Assembly (NCBI GenBank): GCA_964057225.1 | Contig: OZ059896.1 | Location: forward strand, 19,716,001-19,780,000 | Length of the DNA: 64,000 nucleotides | Reading direction: 5' to 3' | From: Auanema rhodensis | Lineage: Eukaryota > Animalia > Nematoda | In this document: positions 27,723-43,166 of the stretch, one piece after another | How positions within the stretch are numbered: position 1 is the first letter of the stretch | How the letters are laid out: the number at the start of each line of letters is the position of its first letter | Notes under the pieces: generated by a model | Told to the model about the DNA's origin: nothing | Database searches by the model: none | The model's input: the letters and a program-made list of their open reading frames with translations, nothing else | Position numbers and translations under genes: made by a program

Positions 27723-30700
27723 TGATAACACAGATCGACGCAGCTTAAAAATCCGCATCGAATGCACTATACTACATTGAGAAACGCTCAATACAAAAAT
27801 TAGTTATGATCGTTTGAAAAATGATGCATTAGTGTATGTTGAGTTTCCATGTACACTCAACATTGCTTCCAAAAACATTTTGACAAAAATTTTTTCGAAA
27901 AATTTCAAAACAATTTAGCAAAAAGTAGATGTTTTTAGATTCCTTTTGTCAAGGCAAAGACGATGGACAATGTTATTCAACGAAAAAATTAATTCTTCAG
28001 GGTGAAAATCGAGAATATAAGTGTGAACTTATATCAGTTGATATCTCGGTGCATTTTTAAGCTAGCGCAAATCTGATAACACAGATCGACGCAGCTTAAA
28101 AATCCGCATCGAATGCACTATACTACATTGAGAAACGCTTAATACAAAAATTAGTTATGATCGTTTGAAAAATGATGCATTAGTGTATGTTGAGTTTCCA
28201 TGTACACTCAACATTGCTTCCAAAAACATTTTGACAAAAATTTTTTCGAAAAATTTCAAAATAATTTAGCAAAAAGTAGATGTTTTTAGATTCCTTTTTT
28301 CAAGGCAAAGACGATGGACATTGTTATTCAACGAAAAAATTAATTCTTCAGGGTGAAAATCGAGGATATAAGTGTGAACTTATATCAGTTGATATCTCGG
28401 TGCATTTTTAAGCTAGCGCAAATCTGATAACACAGATCGACGCAGCTTAAAAATCCGCATCGAATGCACTATACTACATTGAGAAACGCTTAATACAAAA
28501 ATTAGTTATGATCGTTTGAAAAATGACGCATTAGTGTATGTTGAGTTTCCATGTACACTCAACATTGCTTCCAAAAACATTTTCACAAAAATTTTTTCGA
28601 AAAATTTCAAAATAATTTAGCAAAAAGTAGATGTTTTTAGATTCCATTTTTCAAGGCAAAGACGATGGACAGTGTTATTCAACGAAAAAATTAATTCTTC
28701 AGGGTGAAAATCGAGGATATAAGTGTGAACTTGTATAAGTTGATATTTCGGTGCATTTTTAAGCTAGCGCAAATCTGATAACACAGATCGACGCAGCTTA
28801 AAAATCCGCATCGAATGCACTATACTACATTGAGAAACGCTTAATACAAAAATTAGTTATGATCGTTTGAAAAATGATGCATTAGTGTATGTTGAGTTTC
28901 CATGTACACTCAACATTGCTTCCAAAAACATTTTGACAAAAATTTTTTCGAAAAATTTCAAAATAATTTAGCAAAAAGTAGATGTTTTTAGATTCCTTTT
29001 TTCAAGGCAAAGACGATGGACAATGTTATTCAACGAAAAAATTAATTCTTCAGGGTGAAAATCGAGAATATAAGTGTGAACTTATATCAGTTGATATCTC
29101 GGTGCATTTTTAAGCTAGCGCAAATCTGATAACACAGATCGACGCAGCTCAAAAATCCGCATCGAATGCACTATACTACATTGAGAAACGCTTAATACAA
29201 AAATTAGTTATGATCGTTTGAAAAATGATGCATTAGTGTATGTTGAGTTTCCATGTACACTCAACATTGCTTCCAAAAACATTTTGACAAAAATTTTTTC
29301 GAAAAATTTCAAAATAATTTAGCAAAAAGTAGATGTTTTTAGATTCCATTTTTCAAGGCAAAGACGATGGACAATGTTATTCAACGAAAAAATTAATTCT
29401 TCAGGGTGAAAATCGAGGATATAAGTGTGAACTTGTATAAGTTGATATCTCGGTGCATTTTTAAGCTAGCGCAAATCTGATAACACAGATCGACGCAGCT
29501 TAAAAATCCGCATCGAATGCACTATACTACATTGAGAAACGCTTAATACAAAAATTAGTTATGATCGTTTGAAAAATGATGCATTAGTGTATGTTGAGTT
29601 TCCATGTACACTCAACATTGCTTCCAAAAACATTTTCACAAAAATTTTTTCGAAAAATTTCAAAATAATTTAGCAAAAAGTAGATGTTTTTAGATTCCAT
29701 TTTTCAAGGCAAAGACGATGGACAATGTTATTCAACGAAAAAATTAATTCTTCAGGGTGAAAATCGAGGATATAAGTGTGAACTTGTATAAGTTGATATC
29801 TCGGTGCATTTTTAAGCTAGCGCAAATCTGATAACACAGATCGACGCAGCTTAAAAATCCGCATCGAATGCACTATACTACATTGAGAAACGCTTAATAC
29901 AAAAATTAGGTATGATCGTTTGAAAAATGATGCATTAGTGTATGTTGAGTTTCCATGTACACTCAACATTGCTTCCAAAAACATTTTGACAAAAATTTTT
30001 TCGAAAAATTTCAAAATAATTTAGCAAAAAGTAGATGTTTTTAGATTCCTTTTTTCAAGGCAAAGACGATGGACAATGTTATTCAACGAAAAAATTAATT
30101 CTTCAGGGTGAAAATCGAGGATATAAGTGTGAACTTATATCAGTTGATATCTCGGTGCATTTTTAAGCTAGCGCAAATCTGATAACACAGATCGACGCAG
30201 CTTAAAAATCCGCATCGAATGCACTATACTACATTGAGAAACGCTTAATACAAAAATTAGTTATGATCGTTTGAAAAATGATGCATTAGTGTATGTTGAG
30301 TTTCCATGTACACTCAACATTGCTTCCAAAAACATTTTGACAAAAATTTTTTCGAAAAATTTCAAAACAATTTAGCAAAAAGTAGATGTTTTTAGATTCC
30401 TTTTGTCAAGGCAAAGACGATGGACAATGTTATTCAACGAAAAAATTAATTCTTCAGGGTGAAAATCGAGAATATAAGTGTGAACTTATATCAGTTGATA
30501 TCTCGGTGCATTTTTAAGCTAGCGCAAATCTGATAACACAGATCGACGCAGCTTAAAAATCCGCATCGAATGCACTATACTACATTGAGAAACGCTTAAT
30601 ACAAAAATTAGTTATGATCGTTTGAAAAATGATGCATTAGTGTATGTTGAGTTTCCATGTACACTCAACATTGCTTCCAAAAACATTTTGACAAAAATTT

Positions 30701-32285
30701 TTTCGAAAAATTTCAAAATAATTTAGCAAAAAGTAGATGTTTTTAGATTCCTTTTTTCAAGGCAAAGACGATGGACATTGTTATTCAACGAAAAAATTAA
30801 TTCTTCAGGGTGAAAATCGAGGATATAAGTGTGAACTTATATCAGTTGATATCTCGGTGCATTTTTAAGCTAGCGCAAATCTGATAACACAGATCGACGC
30901 AGCTTAAAAATCCGCATCGAATGCACTATACTACATTGAGAAACGCTTAATACAAAAATTAGTTATGATCGTTTGAAAAATGACGCATTAGTGTATGTTG
31001 AGTTTCCATGTACACTCAACATTGCTTCCAAAAACATTTTCACAAAAATTTTTTCGAAAAATTTCAAAATAATTTAGCAAAAAGTAGATGTTTTTAGATT
31101 CCATTTTTCAAGGCAAAGACGATGGACAGTGTTATTCAACGAAAAAATTAATTCTTCAGGGTGAAAATCGAGGATATAAGTGTGAACTTGTATAAGTTGA
31201 TATCTCGGTGCATTTTTAAGCTAGCGCAAATCTGATAACACAGATCGACGCAGCTTAAAAATCCGCATCGAATGCACTATACTACATTGAGAAACGCTTA
31301 ATACAAAAATTAGTTATGATCGTTTGAAAAATGATGCATTAGTGTATGTTGAGTTTCCATGTACACTCAACATTGCTTCCAAAAACATTTTGACAAAAAT
31401 TTTTTCGAAAAATTTCAAAATAATTTAGCAAAAAGTAGATGTTTTTAGATTCCTTTTTTCAAGGCAAAGACGATGGACAATGTTATTCAACGAAAAAATA
31501 AATTCTTCAGGGTGAAAATCGAGAATATAAGTGTGAACTTATATCAGTTGATATCTCGGTGCATTTTTAAGCTAGCGCAAATCTGATAACACAGATCGAC
31601 GCAGCTTAAAAATCCGCATCGAATGCACTATACTACATTGAGAAACGCTTAATACAAAAATTAGTTATGATCGTTTGAAAAATGATGCATTAGTGTATGT
31701 TGAGTTTCCATGTACACTCAACATTGCTTCCAAAAACATTTTGACAAAAATTTTTTCGAAAAATTTCAAAATAATTTAGCAAAAAGTAGATGTTTTTAGA
31801 TTCCATTTTTCAAGGCAAAGACGATGGACAATGTTATTCAACGAAAAAATTAATTCTTCAGGGTGAAAATCGAGGATATAAGTGTGAACTTGTATAAGTT
31901 GATATCTCGGTGCATTTTTAAGCTAGCGCAAATCTGATAACACAGATCGACGCAGCTTAAAAATCCGCATCGAATGCACTATACTACATTGAGAAACGCT
32001 TAATACAAAAATTAGTTATGATCGTTTGAAAAATGATGCATTAGTGTATGTTGAGTTTCCATGTACACTCAACATTGCTTCCAAAAACATTTTCACAAAA
32101 ATTTTTTCGAAAAATTTCAAAATAATTTAGCAAAAAGTAGATGTTTTTAGATTCCATTTTTCAAGGCAAAGACGATGGACAATGTTATTCAACGAAAAAA
32201 TTAATTCTTCAGGGTGAAAATCGAGGATATAAGTGTGAACTTGTATAAGTTGATATCTCGGTGCATTTTTAAGCTAGCGCAAATC
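27723..32285. repeat. Degenerate 7-mer duplication (2,457-bp offset)
   Basis: Monomers at 27723-29828 match those at 30180-32285 in type order (AAACAAT/TTTGTC, A248T, TGACGC, G292A, T222A, G160C), with several private SNPs. Confidence 0.72.
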
Positions 32286-35200
32286 TGATAACACAGATCG
32301 ACGCAGCTTAAAAATCCGCATCGAATGCACTATACTACATTGAGAAACGCTTAATACAAAAATTAGTTATGATCGTTTGAAAAATGATGCATTAGTGTAT
32401 GTTGAGTTTCCATGTACACTCAACATTGCTTCCAAAAACATTTTGACAAAAATTTTTTCGAAAAATTTCAAAATAATTTAGCAAAAAGTAGATGTTTTTA
32501 GATTCCTTTTTTCAAGGCAAAGACGATGGACAATGTTATTCAACGAAAAAATTAATTCTTCAGGGTGAAAATCGAGAATATAAGTGTGAACTTATATCAG
32601 TTGATATCTCGGTGCATTTTTAAGCTAGCGCAAATCTGATAACACAGATCGACGCAGCTTAAAAATCCGCATCGAATGCACTATACTACATTGAGAAACG
32701 CTTAATACAAAAATTAGTTATGATCGTTTGAAAAATGATGCATTAGTGTATGTTGAGTTTCCATGTACACTCAACATTGCTTCCAAAAACATTTTGACAA
32801 AAATTTTTTCGAAAAATTTCAAAATAATTTAGCAAAAAGTAGATGTTTTTAGATTCCATTTTTCAAGGCAAAGACGATGGACAATGTTATTCAACGAAAA
32901 AATTAATTCTTCAGGGTGAAAATCGAGGATATAAGTGTGAACTTGTATAAGTTGATATCTCGGTGCATTTTTAAGCTAGCGCAAATCTGATAACACAGAT
33001 CGACGCAGCTTAAAAATCCGCATCGAATGCACTATACTACATTGAGAAACGCTTAATACAAAAATTAGTTATGATCGTTTGAAAAATGATGCATTAGTGT
33101 ATGTTGAGTTTCCATGTACACTCAACATTGCTTCCAAAAACATTTTCACAAAAATTTTTTCGAAAAATTTCGAAATAATTTAGCAAAAAGTAAATGTTTT
33201 TAGATTCCATTTTTCAAGGCAAAGACGATGGACAATGTTATTCAACGAAAAAATTAATTCTTCAGGGTGAAAATCGAGGATATAAGTGTGAACTTGTATA
33301 AGTTGATATCTCGGTGCATTTTTAAGCTAGCGCAAATCTGATAACACAGATCGACGCAGCTTAAAAATTCGCATCGAATGCACTATACTACATTGAGAAA
33401 CGCTTAATACAAAAATTAGTTATGATCGTTTGAAAAATGATGCATTAGTGTATGTTGAGTTTCCATGTACACTCAACATTGCTTCCAAAAACATTTTCAC
33501 AAAAATTTTTTCGAAAAATTTCAAAATAATTTAGCAAAAAGTAGATGTTTTTAGATTCCATTTTTCAAGGCAAAGACGATGGACAATGTTATTCAACGAA
33601 AAAATTAATTCTTCAGGGTGAAAATCGAGGATATAAGTGTGAACTTGTATAAGTTGATATCTCGGTGCATTTTTAAGCTAGCGCAAATCTGATAACACAG
33701 ATCGACGCAGCTTAAAAATCCGCATCGAATGCACTATACTACATTGAGAAACGCTTAATACAAAAATTAGTTATGATCGTTTGAAAAATGATGCATTAGT
33801 GTATGTTGAGTTTCCATGTACACTCAACATTGCTTCCAAAAACATTTTGACAAAAATTTTTTCGAAAAATTTCAAAATAATTTAGCAAAAAGTAGATGTT
33901 TTTAGATTCCTTTTTTCAAGGCAAAGACGATGGACAATGTTATTCAACGAAAAAATTAATTCTTCAGGGTGAAAATCGAGAATATAAGTGTGAACTTATA
34001 TCAGTTGATATCTCGGTGCATTTTTAAGCTAGCGCAAATCTGATAACACAGATCGACGCAGCTTAAAAATCCGCATCGAATGCACTATACTACATTGAGA
34101 AACGCTTAATACAAAAATTAGTTATGATCGTTTGAAAAATGATGCATTAGTGTATGTTGAGTTTCCATGTACACTCAACATTGCTTCCAAAAACATTTTG
34201 ACAAAAATTTTTTCGAAAAATTTCAAAATAATTTAGCAAAAAGTAGATGTTTTTAGATTCCATTTTTCAAGGCAAAGACGATGGACAATGTTATTCAACG
34301 AAAAAATTAATTCTTCAGGGTGAAAATCGAGGATATAAGTGTGAACTTGTATAAGTTGATATCTCGGTGCATTTTTAAGCTAGCGCAAATCTGATAACAC
34401 AGATCGACGCAGCTTAAAAATCCGCATCGAATGCACTATACTACATTGAGAAACGCTTAATACAAAAATTAGTTATGATCGTTTGAAAAATGATGCATTA
34501 GTGTATGTTGAGTTTCCATGTACACTCAACATTGCTTCCAAAAACATTTTCACAAAAATTTTTTCGAAAAATTTCGAAATAATTTAGCAAAAAGTAAATG
34601 TTTTTAGATTCCATTTTTCAAGGCAAAGACGATGGACAATGTTATTCAACGAAAAAATTAATTCTTCAGGGTGAAAATCGAGGATATAAGTGTGAACTTG
34701 TATAAGTTGATATCTCGGTGCATTTTTAAGCTAGCGCAAATCTGATAACACAGATCGACGCAGCTTAAAAATCCGCATCGAATGCACTATACTACATTGA
34801 GAAACGCTTAATACAAAAATTAGTTATGATCGTTTGAAAAATGATGCATTAGTGTATGTTGAGTTTCCATGTACACTCAACATTGCTTCCAAAAACATTT
34901 TGACAAAAATTTTTTCGAAAAATTTCAAAATAATTTAGCAAAAAGTAGATGTTTTTAGATTCCTTTTTTCAAGGCAAAGACGATGGACAATGTTATTCAA
35001 CGAAAAAATTAATTCTTCAGGGTGAAAATCGAGGATATAAGTGTGAACTTGTATAAGTTGATATCTCGGTGCATTTTTAAGCTAGCGCAAATCTGATAAC
35101 ACAGATCGACGCAGCTTAAAAATCCGCATCGAATGCACTATACTACATTGAGAAACGCTTAATACAAAAATTAGTTATGATCGTTTGAAAAATGATGCAT

Positions 35201-38200
35201 TAGTGTATGTTGAGTTTCCATGTACACTCAACATTGCTTCCAAAAACATTTTGACAAAAATTTTTTCGAAAAATTTCGAAATAATTTAGCAAAAAGTAAA
35301 TGTTTTTAGATTCCATTTTTCAAGGCAAAGACGATGGACAATGTTATTCAACGAAAAAATTAATTCTTCAGGGTGAAAATCGAGGATATAAGTGTGAACT
35401 TGTATAAGTTGATATCTCGGTGCATTTTTAAGCTAGCGCAAATCTGATAACACAGATCGACGCAGCTTAAAAATCCGCATCGAATGCACTATACTACATT
35501 GAGAAACGCTTAATACAAAAATTAGTTATGATCGTTTGAAAAATGATGCATTAGTGTATGTTGAGTTTCCATGTACACTCAACATTGCTTCCAAAAACAT
35601 TTTGACAAAAATTTTTTCGAAAAATTTCAAAATAATTTAGCAAAAAGTAGATGTTTTTAGATTCCTTTTTTCAAGGCAAAGACGATGGACAATGTTATTC
35701 AACGAAAAAATAAATTCTTCAGGGTGAAAATCGAGAATATAAGTGTGAACTTATATCAGTTGATATCTCGGTGCATTTTTAAGCTAGCGCAAATCTGATA
35801 ACACAGATCGACGCAGCTTAAAAATCCGCATCGAATGCACTATACTACATTGAGAAACGCTTAATACAAAAATTAGTTATGATCGTTTGAAAAATGATGC
35901 ATTAGTGTATGTTGAGTTTCCATGTACACTCAACATTGCTTCCAAAAACATTTTGACAAAAATTTTTTCGAAACATTTCAAAATAATTTAGCAAAAAGTA
36001 GATGTTTTTAGATTCCATTTTTCAAGGCAAAGACGATGGACAATGTTATTCAACGAAAAAATTAATTCTTCAGGGTGAAAATCGAGGATATAAGTGTGAA
36101 CTTGTATAAGTTGATATCTCGGTGCATTTTTAAGCTAGCGCAAATCTGATAACACAGATCGACGCAGCTTAAAAATCCGCATCGAATGCACTATACTACA
36201 TTGAGAAACGCTTAATACAAAAATTAGTTATGATCGTTTGAAAAATGATGCATTAGTGTATGTTGAGTTTCCATGTACACTCAACATTGCTTCCAAAAAC
36301 ATTTTGACAAAAATTTTTTCGAAAAATTTCAAAATAATTTAGCAAAAAGTAGATGTTTTTAGATTCCATTTTTCAAGGCAAAGACGATGGACAATGTTAT
36401 TCAACGAAAAAATTAATTCTTCAGGGTGAAAATCGAGGATATAAGTGTGAACTTGTATAAGTTGATATCTCGGTGCATTTTTAAGCTAGCGCAAATCTGA
36501 TAACACAGATCGACGCAGCTTAAAAATCCGCATCGAATGCACTATACTACATTGAGAAACGCTTAATACAAAAATTAGTTATGATCGTTTGAAAAATGAT
36601 GCATTAGTGTATGTTGAGTTTCCATGTACACTCAACATTGCTTCCAAAAACATTTTCACAAAAATTTTTTCGAAAAATTTCGAAATAATTTAGCAAAAAG
36701 TAAATGTTTTTAGATTCCATTTTTCAAGGCAAAGACGATGGACAATGTTATTCAACGAAAAAATTAATTCTTCAGGGTGAAAATCGAGGATATAAGTGTG
36801 AACTTGTATAAGTTGATATCTCGGTGCATTTTTAAGCTAGCGCAAATCTGATAACACAGATCGACGCAGCTTAAAAATCCGCATCGAATGCACTATACTA
36901 CATTGAGAAACGCTTAATACAAAAATTAGTTATGATCGTTTGAAAAATGATGCATTAGTGTATGTTGAGTTTCCATGTACACTCAACATTGCTTCCAAAA
37001 ACATTTTGACAAAAATTTTTTCGAAAAATTTCAAAATAATTTAGCAAAAAGTAGATGTTTTTAGATTCCTTTTTTCAAGGCAAAGACGATGGACAATGTT
37101 ATTCAACGAAAAAATTAATTCTTCAGGGTGAAAATCGAGGATATAAGTGTGAACTTGTATAAGTTGATATCTCGGTGCATTTTTAAGCTAGCGCAAATCT
37201 GATAACACAGATCGACGCAGCTTAAAAATCCGCATCGAATGCACTATACTACATTGAGAAACGCTTAATACAAAAATTAGTTATGATCGTTTGAAAAATG
37301 ATGCATTAGTGTATGTTGAGTTTCCATGTACACTCAACATTGCTTCCAAAAACATTTTGACAAAAATTTTTTCGAAAAATTTCAAAATAATTTAGCAAAA
37401 AGTAGATGTTTTTAGATTCCTTTTTTCAAGGCAAAGACGATGGACAATGTTATTCAACGAAAAAATTAATTCTTCAGGGTGAAAATCGAGAATATAAGTG
37501 TGAACTTATATCAGTTGATATCTCGGTGCATTTTTAAGCTAGCGCAAATCTGATAACACAGATCGACGCAGCTTAAAAATCCGCATCGAATGCACTATAC
37601 TACATTGAGAAACGCTTAATACAAAAATTAGTTATGATCGTTTGAAAAATGATGCATTAGTGTATGTTGAGTTTCCATGTACACTCAACATTGCTTCCAA
37701 AAACATTTTGACAAAAATTTTTTCGAAAAATTTCAAAATAATTTAGCAAAAAGTAGATGTTTTTAGATTCCTTTTTTCAAGGCAAAGACGATGGACAATG
37801 TTATTCAACGAAAAAATTAATTCTTCAGGGTGAAAATCGAGAATATAAGTGTGAACTTATATCAGTTGATATCTCGGTGCATTTTTAAGCTAGCGCAAAT
37901 CTGATAACACAGATCGACGCAGCTTAAAAATCCGCATCGAATGCACTATACTACATTGAGAAACGCTTAATACAAAAATTAGTTATGATCGTTTGAAAAA
38001 TGATGCATTAGTGTATGTTGAGTTTCCATGTACACTCAACATTGCTTCCAAAAACATTTTGACAAAAATTTTTTCGAAAAATTTCAAAATAATTTAGCAA
38101 AAAGTAGATGTTTTTAGATTCCATTTTTCAAGGCAAAGACGATGGACAATGTTATTCAACGAAAAAATTAATTCTTCAGGGTGAAAATCGAGGATATAAG

Positions 38201-41200
38201 TGTGAACTTGTATAAGTTGATATCTCGGTGCATTTTTAAGTTAGCGCAAATCTGATAACACAGATCGACGCAGCTTAAAAATCCGCATCGAATGCACTAT
38301 ACTACATTGAGAAACGCTTAATACAAAAATTAGTTATGATCGTTTGAAAAATGATGCATTAGTGTATGTTGAGTTTCCATGTACACTCAACATTGCTTCC
38401 AAAAACATTTTCACAAAAATTTTTTCGAAAAATTTCAAAATAATTTAGCAAAAAGTAGATGTTTTTAGATTCCATTTTTCAAGGCAAAGACGATGGACAA
38501 TGTTATTCAACGAAAAAATTAATTCTTCAGGGTGAAAATCGAGGATATAAGTGTGAACTTGTATAAGTTGATATCTCGGTGCATTTTTAAGCTAGCGCAA
38601 ATCTGATAACACAGATCGACGCAGCTTAAAAATCCGCATCGAATGCACTATACTACATTGAGAAACGCTTAATACAAAAATTAGTTATGATCGTTTGAAA
38701 AATGATGCATTAGTGTATGTTGAGTTTCCATGTACACTCAACATTGCTTCCAAAAACATTTTCACAAAAATTTTTTCGAAAAATTTCAAAATAATTTAGC
38801 AAAAAGTAGATGTTTTTAGATTCCATTTTTCAAGGCAAAGACGATGGACAATGTTATTCAACGAAAAAATTAATTCTTCAGGGTGAAAATCGAGGATATA
38901 AGTGTGAACTTGTATAAGTTGATATCTCGGTGCATTTTTAAGCTAGCGCAAATCTGATAACACAGATCGACGCAGCTTAAAAATCCGCATCGAATGCACT
39001 ATACTACATTGAGAAACGCTTAATACAAAAATTAGTTATGATCGTTTGAAAAATGATGCATTAGTGTATGTTGAGTTTCCATGTACACTCAACATTGCTT
39101 CCAAAAACATTTTGACAAAAATTTTTTCGAAAAATTTCAAAATAATTTAGCAAAAAGTAGATGTTTTTAGATTCCTTTTTTCAAGGCAAAGACGATGGAC
39201 AATGTTATTCAACGAAAAAATTAATTCTTCAGGGTGAAAATCGAGAATATAAGTGTGAACTTATATCAGTTGATATCTCGGTGCATTTTTAAGCTAGCGC
39301 AAATCTGATAACACAGATCGACGCAGCTTAAAAATCCGCATCGAATGCACTATACTACATTGAGAAACGCTTAATACAAAAATTAGTTATGATCGTTTGA
39401 AAAATGATGCATTAGTGTATGTTGAGTTTCCATGTACACTCAACATTGCTTCCAAAAACATTTTCACAAAAATTTTTTCGAAAAATTTCAAAATAATTTA
39501 GCAAAAAGTAGATGTTTTTAGATTCCATTTTTCAAGGCAAAGACGATGGACAATGTTATTCAACGAAAAAATTAATTCTTCAGGGTGAAAATCGAGGATA
39601 TAAGTGTGAACTTGTATAAGTTGATATCTCGGTGCATTTTTAAGCTAGCGCAAATCTGATAACACAGATCGACGCAGCTTGAAAATCCGCATCGAATGCA
39701 CTATACTACATTGAGAAACGCTTAATACAAAAATTAGTTATGATCGTTTGAAAAATGATGCATTAGTGTATGTTGAGTTTCCATGTACACTCAACATTGC
39801 TTCCAAAAACATTTTGACAAAAATTTTTTCGAAAAATTTCAAAATAATTTAGCAAAAAGTAGATGTTTTTAGATTCCTTTTTTCAAGGCAAAGACGATGG
39901 ACAATGTTATTCAACGAAAAAATTAATTCTTCAGGGTGAAAATCGAGAATATAAGTGTGAACTTATATCAGTTGATATCTCGGTGCATTTTTAAGCTAGC
40001 GCAAATCTGATAACACAGATCGACGCAGCTTAAAAATCCGCATCGAATGCACTATACTACATTGAGAAACGCTTAATACAAAAATTAGTTATGATCGTTT
40101 GAAAAATGATGCATTAGTGTATGTTGAGTTTCCATGTACACTCAACATTGCTTCCAAAAACATTTTGACAAAAATTTTTTCGAAAAATTTCAAAATAATT
40201 TAGCAAAAAGTAGATGTTTTTAGATTCCTTTTTTCAAGGCAAAGACGATGGACATTGTTATTCAACGAAAAAATTAATTCTTCAGGGTGAAAATCGAGGA
40301 TATAAGTGTGAACTTATATCAGTTGATATCTCGGTGCATTTTTAAGCTAGCGCAAATCTGATAACACAGATCGACGCAGCTTAAAAATCCGCATCGAATG
40401 CACTATACTACATTGAGAAACGCTTAATACAAAAATTAGTTATGATCGTTTGAAAAATGACGCATTAGTGTATGTTGAGTTTCCATGTACACTCAACATT
40501 GCTTCCAAAAACATTTTCACAAAAATTTTTTCGAAAAATTTCAAAATAATTTAGCAAAAAGTAGATGTTTTTAGATTCCATTTTTCAAGGCAAAGACGAT
40601 GGACAGTGTTATTCAACGAAAAAATTAATTCTTCAGGGTGAAAATCGAGGATATAAGTGTGAACTTGTATAAGTTGATATCTCGGTGCATTTTTAAGCTA
40701 GCGCAAATCTGATAACACAGATCGACGCAGCTTAAAAATCCGCATCGAATGCACTATACTACATTGAGAAACGCTTAATACAAAAATTAGTTATGATCGT
40801 TTGAAAAATGATGCATTAGTGTATGTTGAGTTTCCATGTACACTCAACATTGCTTCCAAAAACATTTTGACAAAAATTTTTTCGAAAAATTTCAAAATAA
40901 TTTAGCAAAAAGTAGATGTTTTTAGATTCCTTTTTTCAAGGCAAAGACGATGGACAATGTTATTCAACGAAAAAATTAATTCTTCAGGGTGAAAATCGAG
41001 AATATAAGTGTGAACTTATATCAGTTGATATCTCGGTGCATTTTTAAGCTAGCGCAAATCTGATAACACAGATCGACGCAGCTTAAAAATCCGCATCGAA
41101 TGCACTATACTACATTGAGAAACGCTTAATACAAAAATTAGTTATGATCGTTTGAAAAATGATGCATTAGTGTATGTTGAGTTTCCATGTACACTCAACA

Positions 41201-43166
41201 TTGCTTCCAAAAACATTTTCACAAAAATTTTTTCGAAAAATTTCAAAATAATTTAGCAAAAAGTAGATGTTTTTAGATTCCATTTTTCAAGGCAAAGACG
41301 ATGGACAATGTTATTCAACGAAAAAATTAATTCTTCAGGGTGAAAATCGAGGATATAAGTGTGAACTTATATCAGTTGATATCTCGGTGCATTTTTAAGC
41401 TAGCGCAAATCTGATAACACAGATCGACGCAGCTTAAAAATCCGCATCGAATGCACTATACTACATTGAGAAACGCTTAATACAAAAATTAGTTATGATC
41501 GTTTGAAAAATGACGCATTAGTGTATGTTGAGTTTCCATGTACACTCAACATTGCTTCCAAAAACATTTTCACAAAAATTTTTTCGAAAAATTTCAAAAT
41601 AATTTAGCAAAAAGTAGATGTTTTTAGATTCCATTTTTCAAGGCAAAGACGATGGACAGTGTTATTCAACGAAAAAATTAATTCTTCAGGGTGAAAATCG
41701 AGGATATAAGTGTGAACTTGTATAAGTTGATATCTCGGTGCATTTTTAAGCTAGCGCAAATCTGATAACACAGATCGACGCAGCTTAAAAATCCGCATCG
41801 AATGCACTATACTACATTGAGAAACGCTTAATACAAAAATTAGTTATGATCGTTTGAAAAATGATGCATTAGTGTATGTTGAGTTTCCATGTACACTCAA
41901 CATTGCTTCCAAAAACATTTTGACAAAAATTTTTTCGAAAAATTTCAAAATAATTTAGCAAAAAGTAGATGTTTTTAGATTCCTTTTTTCAAGGCAAAGA
42001 CGATGGACAATGTTATTCAACGAAAAAATTAATTCTTCAGGGTGAAAATCGAGAATATAAGTGTGAACTTATATCAGTTGATATCTCGGTGCATTTTTAA
42101 GCTAGCGCAAATCTGATAACACAGATCGACGCAGCTTAAAAATCCGCATCGAATGCACTATACTACATTGAGAAACGCTTAATACAAAAATTAGTTATGA
42201 TCGTTTGAAAAATGATGCATTAGTGTATGTTGAGTTTCCATGTACACTCAACATTGCTTCCAAAAACATTTTCACAAAAATTTTTTCGAAAAATTTCAAA
42301 ATAATTTAGCAAAAAGTAGATGTTTTTAGATTCCATTTTTCAAGGCAAAGACGATGGACAATGTTATTCAACGAAAAAATTAATTCTTCAGGGTGAAAAT
42401 CGAGGATATAAGTGTGAACTTGTATAAGTTGATATCTCGGTGCATTTTTAAGCTAGCGCAAATCTGATAACACAGATCGACGCAGCTTGAAAATCCGCAT
42501 CGAATGCACTATACTACATTGAGAAACGCTTAATACAAAAATTAGTTATGATCGTTTGAAAAATGATGCATTAGTGTATGTTGAGTTTCCATGTACACTC
42601 AACATTGCTTCCAAAAACATTTTGACAAAAATTTTTTCGAAAAATTTCAAAATAATTTAGCAAAAAGTAGATGTTTTTAGATTCCTTTTTTCAAGGCAAA
42701 GACGATGGACAATGTTATTCAACGAAAAAATTAATTCTTCAGGGTGAAAATCGAGAATATAAGTGTGAACTTATATCAGTTGATATCTCGGTGCATTTTT
42801 AAGCTAGCGCAAATCTGATAACACAGATCGACGCAGCTTAAAAATCCGCATCGAATGCACTATACTACATTGAGAAACGCTTAATACAAAAATTAGTTAT
42901 GATCGTTTGAAAAATGATGCATTAGTGTATGTTGAGTTTCCATGTACACTCAACATTGCTTCCAAAAACATTTTGACAAAAATTTTTTCGAAAAATTTCA
43001 AAATAATTTAGCAAAAAGTAGATGTTTTTAGATTCCTTTTTTCAAGGCAAAGACGATGGACATTGTTATTCAACGAAAAAATTAATTCTTCAGGGTGAAA
43101 ATCGAGGATATAAGTGTGAACTTATATCAGTTAATATCTCGGTGCATTTTTAAGCTAGCGCAAATC

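Noticed and set aside
29817-30014. 65-aa minus-strand ORF
   Set aside because: Created by a singleton SNP (T82G, ATTAGGTATG) that removes a stop codon in one monomer.
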